Positions 63,001 to 64,000 of a stretch of 64,000 bases of DNA are shown piece after piece. Where the stretch lies: positions 18,734-82,733 of the forward strand of contig CAYSSX010000007.1 in the NCBI GenBank assembly GCA_964434115.1. Direction: 5' to 3'. A program made the position numbers and the translations under genes. Each line of letters starts with the position of its first letter. Positions within the stretch are counted from its first letter, which is position 1. Source of the stretch: an uncultured bacterium. Lineage in GTDB: Bacteria; Omnitrophota; Omnitrophia; Omnitrophales; Aquincolibacteriaceae. The notes beneath the pieces are model-generated. The model searched no databases, was not told the DNA's origin, and was given only the letters and a program-made list of their open reading frames with translations.

Positions 63001-63998
63001 ATTACACGGCCGATAGCGCGACCTACGACTGGGCCTATTATGAAAACGCCGGCCAGTGGACTTTCCGAATGAAGAAAGCGGGCGGTACTGATTTCTTTGA
63101 GCAGGCAGGCTGGGGCGAATTGCCTTCGACCTTTGGCACCACTTTCAAAATCGGCCCTGTGGTTTATCTTGTCAGCTACGACAAGGTCCAGAAGAAAGCC
63201 ATCCTGAAGCCGAAGAAAGTCACGGGCGACTTTACCGTGTCGCTGGACGGCATCACTACGGAAACCTTCAACTGGAGCTACGAGATCGACGTTCAGAATT
63301 ACGGCTGGGGCGAGGGAACACAGACCTGGACCTTCACGCTTGAAAAGAGCGACGGCACGAATAAATACACGCAGACAGGCAATGGTACGCCCCCGGCGAG
63401 CTTTACCAAGAAATACACCATCAGCGATCTTGTCCGCTACAACGTAGGTTTCAATCCCGCGAACTTCACCCTGACGCTGACCCCGGACAAGGTTTTGATC
63501 TACCGCGGGGATGATGTGATCAAGGTGGGAACGCAGTGGTTCGCGGTGCGCGGCACGAGTATCGCCACCCTTGAAATCCGGTCCCTTGACTGGGTGGGCA
63601 GAAATGCCACGCAGCTTTTCCTTGGAGATGAAACAAATACTTGGCGCGTGGTCGACCGCGACCTCGAGAATGAAGAAGGCGGCTGGGGCTACGGCACGGA
63701 GAAAATTCTTGAGGTCACGGACAACAAGGGCAATGTGAATGAAAGCTATACGGTGACGGTGAACGGCCAGCAGGAAAAACGTATCCGCATCAAGAACATG
63801 GAATACAAGATTGTTGGAACTTTAGGCGGCGAATGGGACTGGATGACTGGTCAGCCGAAGCCGCCTGATTTCACGCTGCAGCCCATTTCGGGAAGTGTCC
63901 ATTCCAGCCTTACCGCGAATCCGGTCATTGATTCGGAAGGGGATTTCTATACGGTCCGTCTGAAGCCGGGCACATCGAACGTTTATGAAATTTCCAGC
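3..63998 (+). CDS. Internal fragment of an ultra-giant multi-domain extracellular adhesin or scaffold-like protein, partial at both the 5' and 3' ends (start and stop lie outside the window)
   Basis: Codon phase beginning at nt 3 translates through all 21,332 codons with no stop. The ORF track lists no + strand ORF in this phase; any in-frame stop after the first in-frame ATG at about nt 318 would have produced a huge Met-to-stop ORF in the track. The translation contains recognisable domain families (dockerin-like loops, TSP3, DUF1080/LamG-like, ILEI-like) and internally consistent repeat families. All 60+ listed + strand ORFs lie in the two other phases. Strong codon periodicity. Confidence 0.93.
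168..1500 (+). repeat. Array of about 14 dockerin-type or EF-hand-like Ca2+-binding loops, each followed by a short helix segment
   Basis: Translation shows DLDGNKVVDAEDY, DLNGDNTIDPADREML, DFNRNGVIETEDISSL, DVNGNGVIEQTDLAKI, DFNNDGVVNDDDRVRL, DFNKDGKIDDEDKARL, DVNKDGKIDDRDINRV, DRNNDGIIDGTALDDL, DLNSDGKIDIHDVQKF, DLNTDGKVTTDDLNIA, DIDGDGVINSRDLAVA, DIDHDGLVSQTDEALV. These match the 12-residue D-x-[ND]-x-D-G-x-[VI]-[DN]-x-x-D loop of type I dockerin (Pfam PF00404). Confidence 0.6.
1560..1868 (+). other. Module A copy 1: unclassified beta-sandwich or CBM-like module
   Basis: KYRMDMQESGIYSVGLTLKSYDKVLPVNYEYPFDVYVDGEFAGSVKIDG...LELYFVKGVHFVEFKSN. Signature shared by at least 20 copies: G-x-Y-x-[VIL]-G-L...[LI]P-x-x-Y-x-[YF]-x-F-x-V-x-V-D-G...L-x-L-x-x-G-x-H-x-I-x-F-x-W-x-N. 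Confidence 0.5.
1869..2010 (+). repeat. Canonical two-loop dockerin module
   Basis: GDLNKDGLVDNTDVSLIQAVQQRFNWLSRTDVNADGQINASDETIVNN: two 12-residue Ca-binding loops each followed by a helix. This is a close match to the type I dockerin duplicated segment. Confidence 0.65.
2160..2700 (+). other. DUF1080/LamG-like (concanavalin-A-like lectin/glucanase fold) domain 1
   Basis: PAGWQIDNGELRK...WKDGVLESDIRVRG...AGLVFRMVDSNNYYFAAIRR...AAGKMGLLAQDTVPSFDNLYVK. This matches the DUF1080 (PF06439, 3-keto-disaccharide hydrolase-like) pattern W-x-v-x-d-G-x-l ... DF-x-L ... sG-[IV]-x-FR ... G-x-[IV]-G-L-Q. Confidence 0.55.
2700..3600 (+). repeat. Dockerin-like Ca-binding loop array (about 10 loops)
   Basis: DLTGNGRVDAEDYAIL, DVNNTGGINSDLALL, DMDTNGLLNAEDVALI, DVTADGKADIADAKAI, DINDDGQINEADINMI, DLNRDGLTGDVDAEIV, DINQDGVVNYVDINLL, DVTDDGKVDEKDLAMI. 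Confidence 0.55.
3620..4260 (+). other. DUF1080/LamG-like domain 2
   Basis: NGWVPDNVGAWSRVAGE...FEDVIEDVQINVKFKF...EGIGGLTLRED...RGNFGLFTEPDSKARFDDLKIE. Same fold signature as domain 1. Confidence 0.45.
4290..4970 (+). other. DUF1080/LamG-like domain 3 carrying a Gly/Met/Tyr-rich loop insertion
   Basis: EWIRSQDGGQWLVEDGALKQ ... QDFVFTADLAIQG [Gly-rich insert] AGIIFAKENDNNYYQLAINPDG ... QGSFGIYTEPKSLMSIDNMNF. Confidence 0.55.
4509..4640 (+). repeat. Gly/Met/Tyr-rich low-complexity segment (GGMGG/GGYGG), in frame
   Basis: YGFGGEGGMGYGGGLGGGMGGGGYGGGMGGGGYGGGEGGMGGGE encoded by ggc/gga/ggt/atg codon runs; it sits inside a loop of LamG-like domain 3. Confidence 0.8.
4990..5900 (+). repeat. Dockerin-like loop arrays (about 4990-5300 and 5575-5900) flanking a short non-repeat spacer
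   Basis: DLNADGLVNGSDYGIL, DVNKDGLVNQMDRTDL, DIDQDGLVNQKDLDRL, DMDSNGISNDLDIAII, DLNRDGKFSLEDLTLY, DVNGDSVVNHLDFVAV, DLNGDGAVNELDIDYL. Confidence 0.55.
5990..6290 (+). other. Module A copy 2
   Basis: WVEYQVGITTTGNYDVGLEVINHEKLELPPNYTYQFKVFVDGTEVGIF...LNLNPGNHVIRFEWINDK. Confidence 0.5.
6290..6620 (+). repeat. Dockerin-like loops
   Basis: DRNQNGQVDAEDVNSI, DLNHDGLVNDLDLAKF, DVDKNGKLNSKDANLI. Confidence 0.5.
6620..7270 (+). other. Non-repetitive segment of unknown fold
   Basis: KDISVETFKEILRYKEQQNNFYINDVF...ATVVHIDELKNLGDVTVIIAARALDLDADQIIKGQAERKIGAQGFGFDDYKAVSKVIEQTQNRDFYLL... No recognisable family by eye. Confidence 0.3.
7383..8560 (+). repeat. Bacterial thrombospondin type-3 (TSP3) repeat block of about 10 repeats, with an embedded dockerin-like pair around 8230-8420
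   Basis: DKDGDGLTDADELAMGLDVDVDGDGLKGALDPDSDNDGFSDGEEIARG...DSDGDGIPDLSDPSAFKADTDSDGFSDGWEKDHGTNPLDKNSKP...DSDGDGILDSAETALGTSSDNPDTDGDGFSDKWEKDHNTNP...DKDGDGILDDEEAALKTDPEKADSDTDGFSDKEEQTAGTNP...DTDGDGFSDAEEIARGSSP...DSDGDGFSDWEELSRFTDP. Classic D-x-D-x-D-G-x-x-D-x-x-E...G-T-[ND]-P motif (Pfam PF02412). Confidence 0.7.
8800..9080 (+). other. Module A copy 3
   Basis: FMQYRVQTYGGKYTIGLDVRSMDAISLPENGFYEFDVVVDGQMRGRLQI...LDLQAGAHDIVFKWVNSTPY. Confidence 0.5.
9720..9910 (+). other. Module A copy 4 (shortened variant)
   Basis: SLDYRFNVHTDGNYQVGIRATNAAGVSEGYEFVINEYVDGEFRQTIRMDG. Confidence 0.4.
10120..11330 (+). repeat. Six tandem copies of a ~65 aa MORN-like (MORN_2/YwqK-type) repeat
   Basis: Units: ISKRTYYENGKPQVVAMMNPQGSVGRLAVMTYDAGGNVTRQDQYNF...YWD / SGRFFYQAGKPFVAVELNAEGKVSGIISFATDAAGKVQSLDRYTY...YWQ / SRVFFDGVNPLGSVELNSAGKVTRLYAYKMDANGAIQYQDRFLF...YWD / TGRTFFQGGKPLVDVRVDADKKAIGFTVLAMDASGTIYSSDRYSLY...FWD / TGRSFYQNGVPWIDLSIDPQGYVQSMNRYRTDASGHMMDSYRYGF...YWN / GGRVIYDADGKVISQEVYSN. 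Consensus [YF]-[YF]-x-x-G-K-P...G-K-V...D-A-x-G...D-R-Y-x-Y...Y-W-[DQ]. Confidence 0.45.
11330..18300 (+). repeat. Tandem array of about 9 supermodules with a ~760 nt (~253 aa) period, containing module A copies 5-13. Each supermodule is [module A] - [dockerin-like loop(s)] - [two beta-hairpin-like repeats] - [dockerin-like loop]
   Basis: Module A cores recur near nt 11890, 12630, 13400, 14160, 14925, 15720, 16480, 17235, 17985, with spacings of 740-795 nt. One unit: GDYTVALSYVYPQNPGVGYKSEYQVYVDGSLV...LKLEAGRHRIVIAG. Linker pattern: DLNKDGxVD ... YxFxDGxxxFxSD ... IxLxGxxYxIxxDPxTGxVxL ... DLNxDGxVD. Copies are diverged at both protein and codon level. Confidence 0.7.
18400..18970 (+). other. 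DUF1080/LamG-like domain 4
   Basis: NGWAMQNGRYAQSSGAAVKAISLIKDGITVPENFDLTGTLQFDG...AAGILLRYRDDQNYAWISIDGP...TGKVGILSDRSLANFSSLELK. Confidence 0.55.
18975..21840 (+). repeat. Beta-hairpin-like repeat array I, units of about 40-60 aa
   Basis: Recurring pairs: [YW]-x-F-x-D/N-G-x-x-x-[FY]-x-S followed by [VI]-x-[VIL]-x-G-x-x-Y-x-[VI]-x-x-D-x-x-T-G-x-[VI]-x-L. Examples: NTVVLNGVTYKLQDNAPGVNQLSLIRQ; YRFTLMGTGTFVDSNGTT..LNSTAYQVKVTGTGAVQLVQ; QTLTHNGKVYEVTYDNLTGKYSFRDV; IEIAGTTYGVKAELVNTVPTGYYLLFNAAGQQV; VEITVAGKRYFLELGAS / SEIALGGERYFIKYGAAHNQITLTQ. Confidence 0.6.
21860..22620 (+). repeat. Dockerin-like loop array
   Basis: DVTGDGFVNKEDADVI, DLNKDGKVDRADYRLY, DVNDDNTINYLDRQEL, DVNDDGKVDSNDLNYM, DVNGDGFVDAKDKQIL. 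Confidence 0.55.
22700..22990 (+). other. Module A copy 14
   Basis: WVEYNYTVDPSGNVFAGISVRSVHDRVIPDGFQYDIDVYLDGVYKGNIKI...LQIEDVEKGQHAIKFVFKNISS. Confidence 0.5.
23020..23540 (+). repeat. Dockerin-like loops
   Basis: DTNADGKIWVDDMDEL, NGDGNITMEDHDLI, DYNGDKRVDIDDRKLV, DITGDGHVNAQDLAYL. Confidence 0.5.
23560..27950 (+). repeat. Beta-hairpin-like repeat array II, with a short dockerin-like insert near 26830-26960
   Basis: Same motif family as array I. Examples: IRFNGKFYSVRQDAATGQYVLWDGAETFITDG; VILDGDTYQVTLNELNGAYSFRSGQKVYESN; IVIGKYTYDINVVDPVKQKMTL; VVLRGISYKVGRDPFTNEVTLNQ; VVLRGITYTIEKRGLNLYRFKDGANNQFDS; VVLGGRRYEIRSYDSERWELVRG. Confidence 0.6.
28090..28930 (+). repeat. Dockerin-like loop array
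   Basis: DVNKDGLINATDRSVL, DINRDGRPANQDPADE, DVNSDGLLDSFDVAKY, DIDGDGTATQLDLDFL, DTNDDGKVSNAEIDVF, DFNGDGIQTAADLQTV, DINGDYHVDYKDIFLL, DVDGNGTVEQADVDAI, DVNKDGLMDQRDLDAL. Confidence 0.55.
28960..29260 (+). other. Module A copy 15
   Basis: SFTFDKYNAPKDGTYMLGVELQGSEVDTIIFDVFVDGMKQGTISV...LELAAGQHQIQFVRTD. Confidence 0.5.
29280..29780 (+). repeat. Dockerin-like loops
   Basis: DINSDGVYDEQDRAMI, DVNRDRVFDELDLIAY, DVNRDGKTDADDRKMI, DINGDGLVNIADAVSL, DVNGDTKVDQLDIELI, DFNNDEIVDARDLEIM. Confidence 0.55.
29800..30570 (+). other. DUF1080/LamG-like domain 5 with a short Gly/Met-rich insertion near 30300-30380
   Basis: NWDTKTGTWQVQSGLYRQ...LKDFVLSTDLAFTG...SAGLVFRSEDDGNYYDIVINRYD...[FQMPGMGGMYPGYEGSGGGYQSS]...FYNLTVESSGTSFRVFVNGEFVFEV...SGRVGLTSQGVQVLFDNFSL. 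Confidence 0.55.
30580..33470 (+). repeat. Longest dockerin or EF-hand-like Ca-binding loop array, roughly 30 loops over ~960 aa
   Basis: DLDQNGTIDAFDYAIL, DVDHDGFVNASDLNRM, DLDKNGLLNDNDLKKL, DVNKDNRVDDLDMAIM, DVNGDGFFTRLDRSRI, DVNGDHLINFVDTQNF, DLDQNGRVNRSDLIPL, DINRDGTTNQKDADDL, DQNGDNKLTAADLTRM, DVNDDQKLDAEDLNIA, DINENGTVNNKDADVI, DLNKDGAVTFLDTELF, DKDGNGWMDQDETKFY, DVDGDGKRTEADLDRI, DIDENFNIDDTDIQLM, DLNKDGRVTQADVDLV, DINRDGEFTNYDVFMA, DINGDGKISGML, DVNDDGLVNQTDIDYV, DINSDGDANILDRDLM, DINGDKLINQNDTAMA. Confidence 0.6.
34080..35140 (+). repeat. Dockerin or EF-hand-like loop array
   Basis: DSNGNDAADPQDLAAL, DVNSDGSLSPQEEADA, DINRDGIVNGIDLRLL, DVNGDSVVDETDLDYF, DQNKDGDFNEADLTTF, DYDGDGKLSQNDVNET, DLNKDGNVNMDDHALL, DIDGDGFVSPEDIERI, DIDQNGKVNFSDIDKL, DINGDKIKDAKDVKAI. 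Confidence 0.55.
41740..41990 (+). repeat. Gly/Thr/Met-rich low-complexity linker
   Basis: MGGTGGTGGTVGGGSGEIGGGGTLGGGHGGEGEGGEGGMGGLGGLGGTGGTGGTGGTGGSMGGGGTLGGHMGEGGM, in frame with the flanking repeats. Confidence 0.8.
42000..43450 (+). other. Largely non-repetitive island inside hairpin array III; candidate globular domain of unknown function
   Basis: PVKWEYSGAVVTKPYDVSFNPLTGEISVQERQV...YIHNPANGYSSQFIKDFDTFVFTYTQYPYPWESSLETSYNYTSGIPGSISGGAGGSTPNGLLSGNTSMEGAYDILFDSPNGNMSTRGNLQYMAMQQLQLYQDERQIFHPWVLGVHRVLEPKYNNDAAV...WTDFIQAGHRTSRISFHPVNNLGDTRTFDIPDYVGGVTFINSAVVEGALGNIYDLFVFKTAFDQLWFTDG. It lacks the hairpin periodicity of its surroundings and is aromatic-rich. Confidence 0.3.
44730..45060 (+). 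repeat. Longest Gly/Leu/Met-rich low-complexity linker, ending in a Cys pair
   Basis: GGGIFDWGFLGGLGSGGGLGGDGEDGGDYGDLGGLGGLGGDGGLGGMGGLGGSGGEGGLGGMGGMGGLGGMGGGDLGGLFGGSGGDFGGLGDLSGFCENADFCYGMGGYNP. Confidence 0.8.
45690..45990 (+). other. Module A copy 16
   Basis: NYQLDITDQGFYRVGLSAKVLSDLEDAIYKDNAKGPSLALDHAFSVYLDGKFYGTFYL...VLIDKGIHDLKFVWNVPE. Confidence 0.5.
46110..47620 (+). repeat. Hairpin-like repeats with two Gly/Met-rich linkers (near 46510-46580 and 46870-46990)
   Basis: VRYEAVRNEEGKWSFVNGGTVYTEDSNGQITVNGVLFNVKTD; linkers WGNWGGGDDDYPGMGMGGMGMGGYGSS and GGYYGGDEGDDPFGMGGYFGPGGSMGGGYGGTQQQPKP; VVIDGTTYHVMKDPAGRVFLLKT. Confidence 0.55.
47830..48110 (+). other. Module A copy 17
   Basis: YWADYEFSIDASGSYEIGLEVLKGNDVHMETFRFDVFVDDMETPAAQL...LARTFSAGNHRIRFTWLNPV. 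Confidence 0.5.
48520..49110 (+). other. Distinct beta-sandwich or CBM-like domain, different from module A
   Basis: YFKGTEANVDAAYIVSRGATGSGSMGYGGFGSGDPTISITETVAQAGTYRIGLAARNYSGQDNKPNWDGWKFSNNMTNARF...GKIYWKRDGDTDFNEARSLDFSLWANGESKEYSLYMKDNALWNGIIREIKLVPTDEATSNFNIRGISF. Confidence 0.3.
49130..49370 (+). other. Module A copy 18 (short)
   Basis: GWGVYGPQEEGYFKYRVVVDGQSKGTFEVAWDKTGHNENYLNVELSAGQHDIKIIEMN. Confidence 0.45.
50270..50570 (+). other. Module A copy 19
   Basis: YASYYLDYEVTLDTPKSQDIAAYDVGLSLKSYDGMTIPENYEYKFEILVDGIKAGVLTI...LRLNLPDGFHTVRFRWMNPV. Confidence 0.5.
50690..51110 (+). other. ILEI/FAM3 (PANDER)-like domain
   Basis: GTQPVIVYAVVDEHTGKVIKTGYTGTWDAPASDFQDMVTAMPEGRMVVAATFGGAPYSYSGTNELFRAFEALGASDFRNISQGDSWVFVGRKGARSSS. 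This aligns by eye with the conserved core of vertebrate FAM3 proteins (pattern G-I-N-V-A-L-x-N-G-K-T-G-E-V-L-D-T ... I-V-L-M-G-T-Y-D-D-G-A ... A-R-R-L-I-A-D-L-G-S ... G-F-R-D-N-W-V-F-C-G-G-K-G), i.e. Pfam PF15711 ILEI. Confidence 0.5.
51540..51640 (+). repeat. Gly/Met-rich low-complexity linker
   Basis: AWGGYGGYGGGMGMGMGMGGEEGGSGGRGNY. Confidence 0.8.
51700..51950 (+). other. Module A copy 20
   Basis: MAFDVEVSEDGYYAAGLEARNYFQALADWKIEVDVYVDDEYVRQAEF...LFLKKGKHRIYFVVTDE. Confidence 0.45.
52120..53120 (+). repeat. Hairpin-like repeats (last block before the C-terminal repeat class)
   Basis: VIQIENRFFSVEIAGEQVTFRNGAEVITPDAEGRFAIEGRKYQVSRNAAGDVGISG; VTLLGVKYKVFGTDPKALTLEE; VTVNGQLYVIQQNAEGRYVFTG. 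Confidence 0.5.
53120..53500 (+). repeat. Ser/Thr/Ala/Gly-rich low-complexity linker. Similar linkers occur near 55990-56420 and 59010-59330
   Basis: SSPAGDIQGGQDTTPRDTITNTSNNAPITVNPAGTTVTGSPITSDSGNTNYTGTGIDAAHPDIPSQGASAADIPSAGTAAAYPQVADQG. Later: TSADYNNTGANPVYSTVTSQGASGADLNYTGAAPGDS... and TQSAGTTPTYTGTTATGTSAADFSSTGAAAQHAGVTSEG... Confidence 0.7.
53540..63998 (+). repeat. C-terminal array (continuing beyond the window) of at least 35 copies of a ~80 aa (~240 nt) Trp/Tyr-rich repeat of unknown family
   Basis: Consensus G-[TS]-F-T-G-P-D-x-x-x-Y-x-W-x-[YF]-x-x-x-x-x-G-x-x-W-x-[FW]-x-[IM]-x-[KR]-x-D-G-[ST]-x-x-Y-x-x-x-G-T-G-x-x-P-x-x-F-x-x-x-[YF]-x-[IM]-G-x-x-x-Y-x-[VL]-x-[YF]-[ND]-x-x-x-x-x-L-x-L-x-P. 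Examples: QTGTFTGPDGNYQWAYSRYMESGSWQWRFMIKKSDGTVVHQVRGTNTPPATLATIYKIQGVDYAIDFNPTTKQIMMAKA; TVGDFEGPDGKKYRWTFDNPTGNAWSFRLEREDGQNVYTKTGTGIVPSFVTPYFMGARAYSITYNPNTYDLRFNT. No dockerin-like loops occur in this part. Confidence 0.65.
54600..54960 (+). other. ~110 aa domain inserted into the C-terminal repeat array (copy 1; copy 2 at about 61540-61960)
   Basis: FQISVTQQGSGFTEFRVDGGPANNWNWERTAIFINGVKVADVARNSAFRINYSGPLGDLKIKAQFMDDYGG versus FEIYVVEQGYDTVTRKWFVRYGFRGGPSYSSGEGGQSWYYNNVYINGQLIGKMYRYNGFRLEFTEPVGDVQVTAQPVNWNGD. Shared F-[QE]-I-x-V ... W ... [IV]-[FY]-I-N-G ... F-R-[IL]-x-[YF] ... P-[LV]-G-D-[LV]-x-[IV] ... A-Q. Confidence 0.35.
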
Positions 63999-64000
63999 GG

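Noticed and set aside
1-64000. Assembly artefact (repeat-driven chimera) as an explanation for the giant ORF
   Set aside because: It cannot be excluded without reads. However, the repeats are strongly diverged at nucleotide level (different codons for conserved residues), which makes collapse or mis-joining less likely. The frame is also maintained across all module boundaries for 64 kb, which random mis-joins would rarely achieve. It is kept as a caveat rather than a conclusion.
1-64000. Alternative genetic code or stop-codon reassignment to explain the absence of stops
   Set aside because: It is not needed. The sense frame has no TAA, TAG or TGA at all under the standard code, and TGG is used normally for Trp in conserved positions. 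The two other + phases contain ordinary densities of stops.
1-64000. tRNA, rRNA, promoters, terminators, IS elements or integrases
   Set aside because: There is no non-coding gap anywhere in the window. No inverted repeats flanking a transposase-like ORF and no structured-RNA-like segment were noticed. Nothing supports calling any of these features.

Overview
The whole 64 kb window is one uninterrupted + strand reading frame (codon phase starting at nt 3, 21,332 sense codons, no in-frame stop) that is open at both ends. The window is therefore an internal piece of a single ultra-giant gene encoding a secreted or surface multi-domain protein of more than 21,000 aa. There is no intergenic DNA, promoter, terminator, RBS, tRNA, rRNA, CRISPR array or mobile element. 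Reading the translation shows a modular architecture. (1) Many dockerin-type or EF-hand-like Ca-binding loops (D-x-N-x-D-G-x-[VI]-[DN]-x-x-D, more than 100 copies) in long acidic arrays. (2) Five DUF1080/LamG-like (concanavalin-A-like) domains, two with Gly-rich loop insertions. (3) A block of bacterial thrombospondin type-3 repeats. (4) A 6-copy MORN/YwqK-like repeat. (5) At least 20 copies of an unclassified ~110-130 aa beta-sandwich or CBM-like module ('module A'), nine of them in a strictly periodic ~760 nt supermodule array. (6) Several kb of ~40-60 aa beta-hairpin-like repeats. (7) Multiple Gly/Met-rich low-complexity linkers (GGMGG/GGLGG). (8) A domain with clear similarity to the ILEI/FAM3 (PANDER) family. 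(9) A C-terminal ~10 kb array of at least 35 copies of a ~80 aa Trp/Tyr-rich repeat separated by Ser/Thr/Gly-rich linkers. Repeats are conserved at protein level but diverged at codon level. Listed antisense and off-frame ORFs are interpreted as shadow ORFs. All coordinates for internal domains are approximate (about +/-30 nt) because they were derived by reading the translation by eye.
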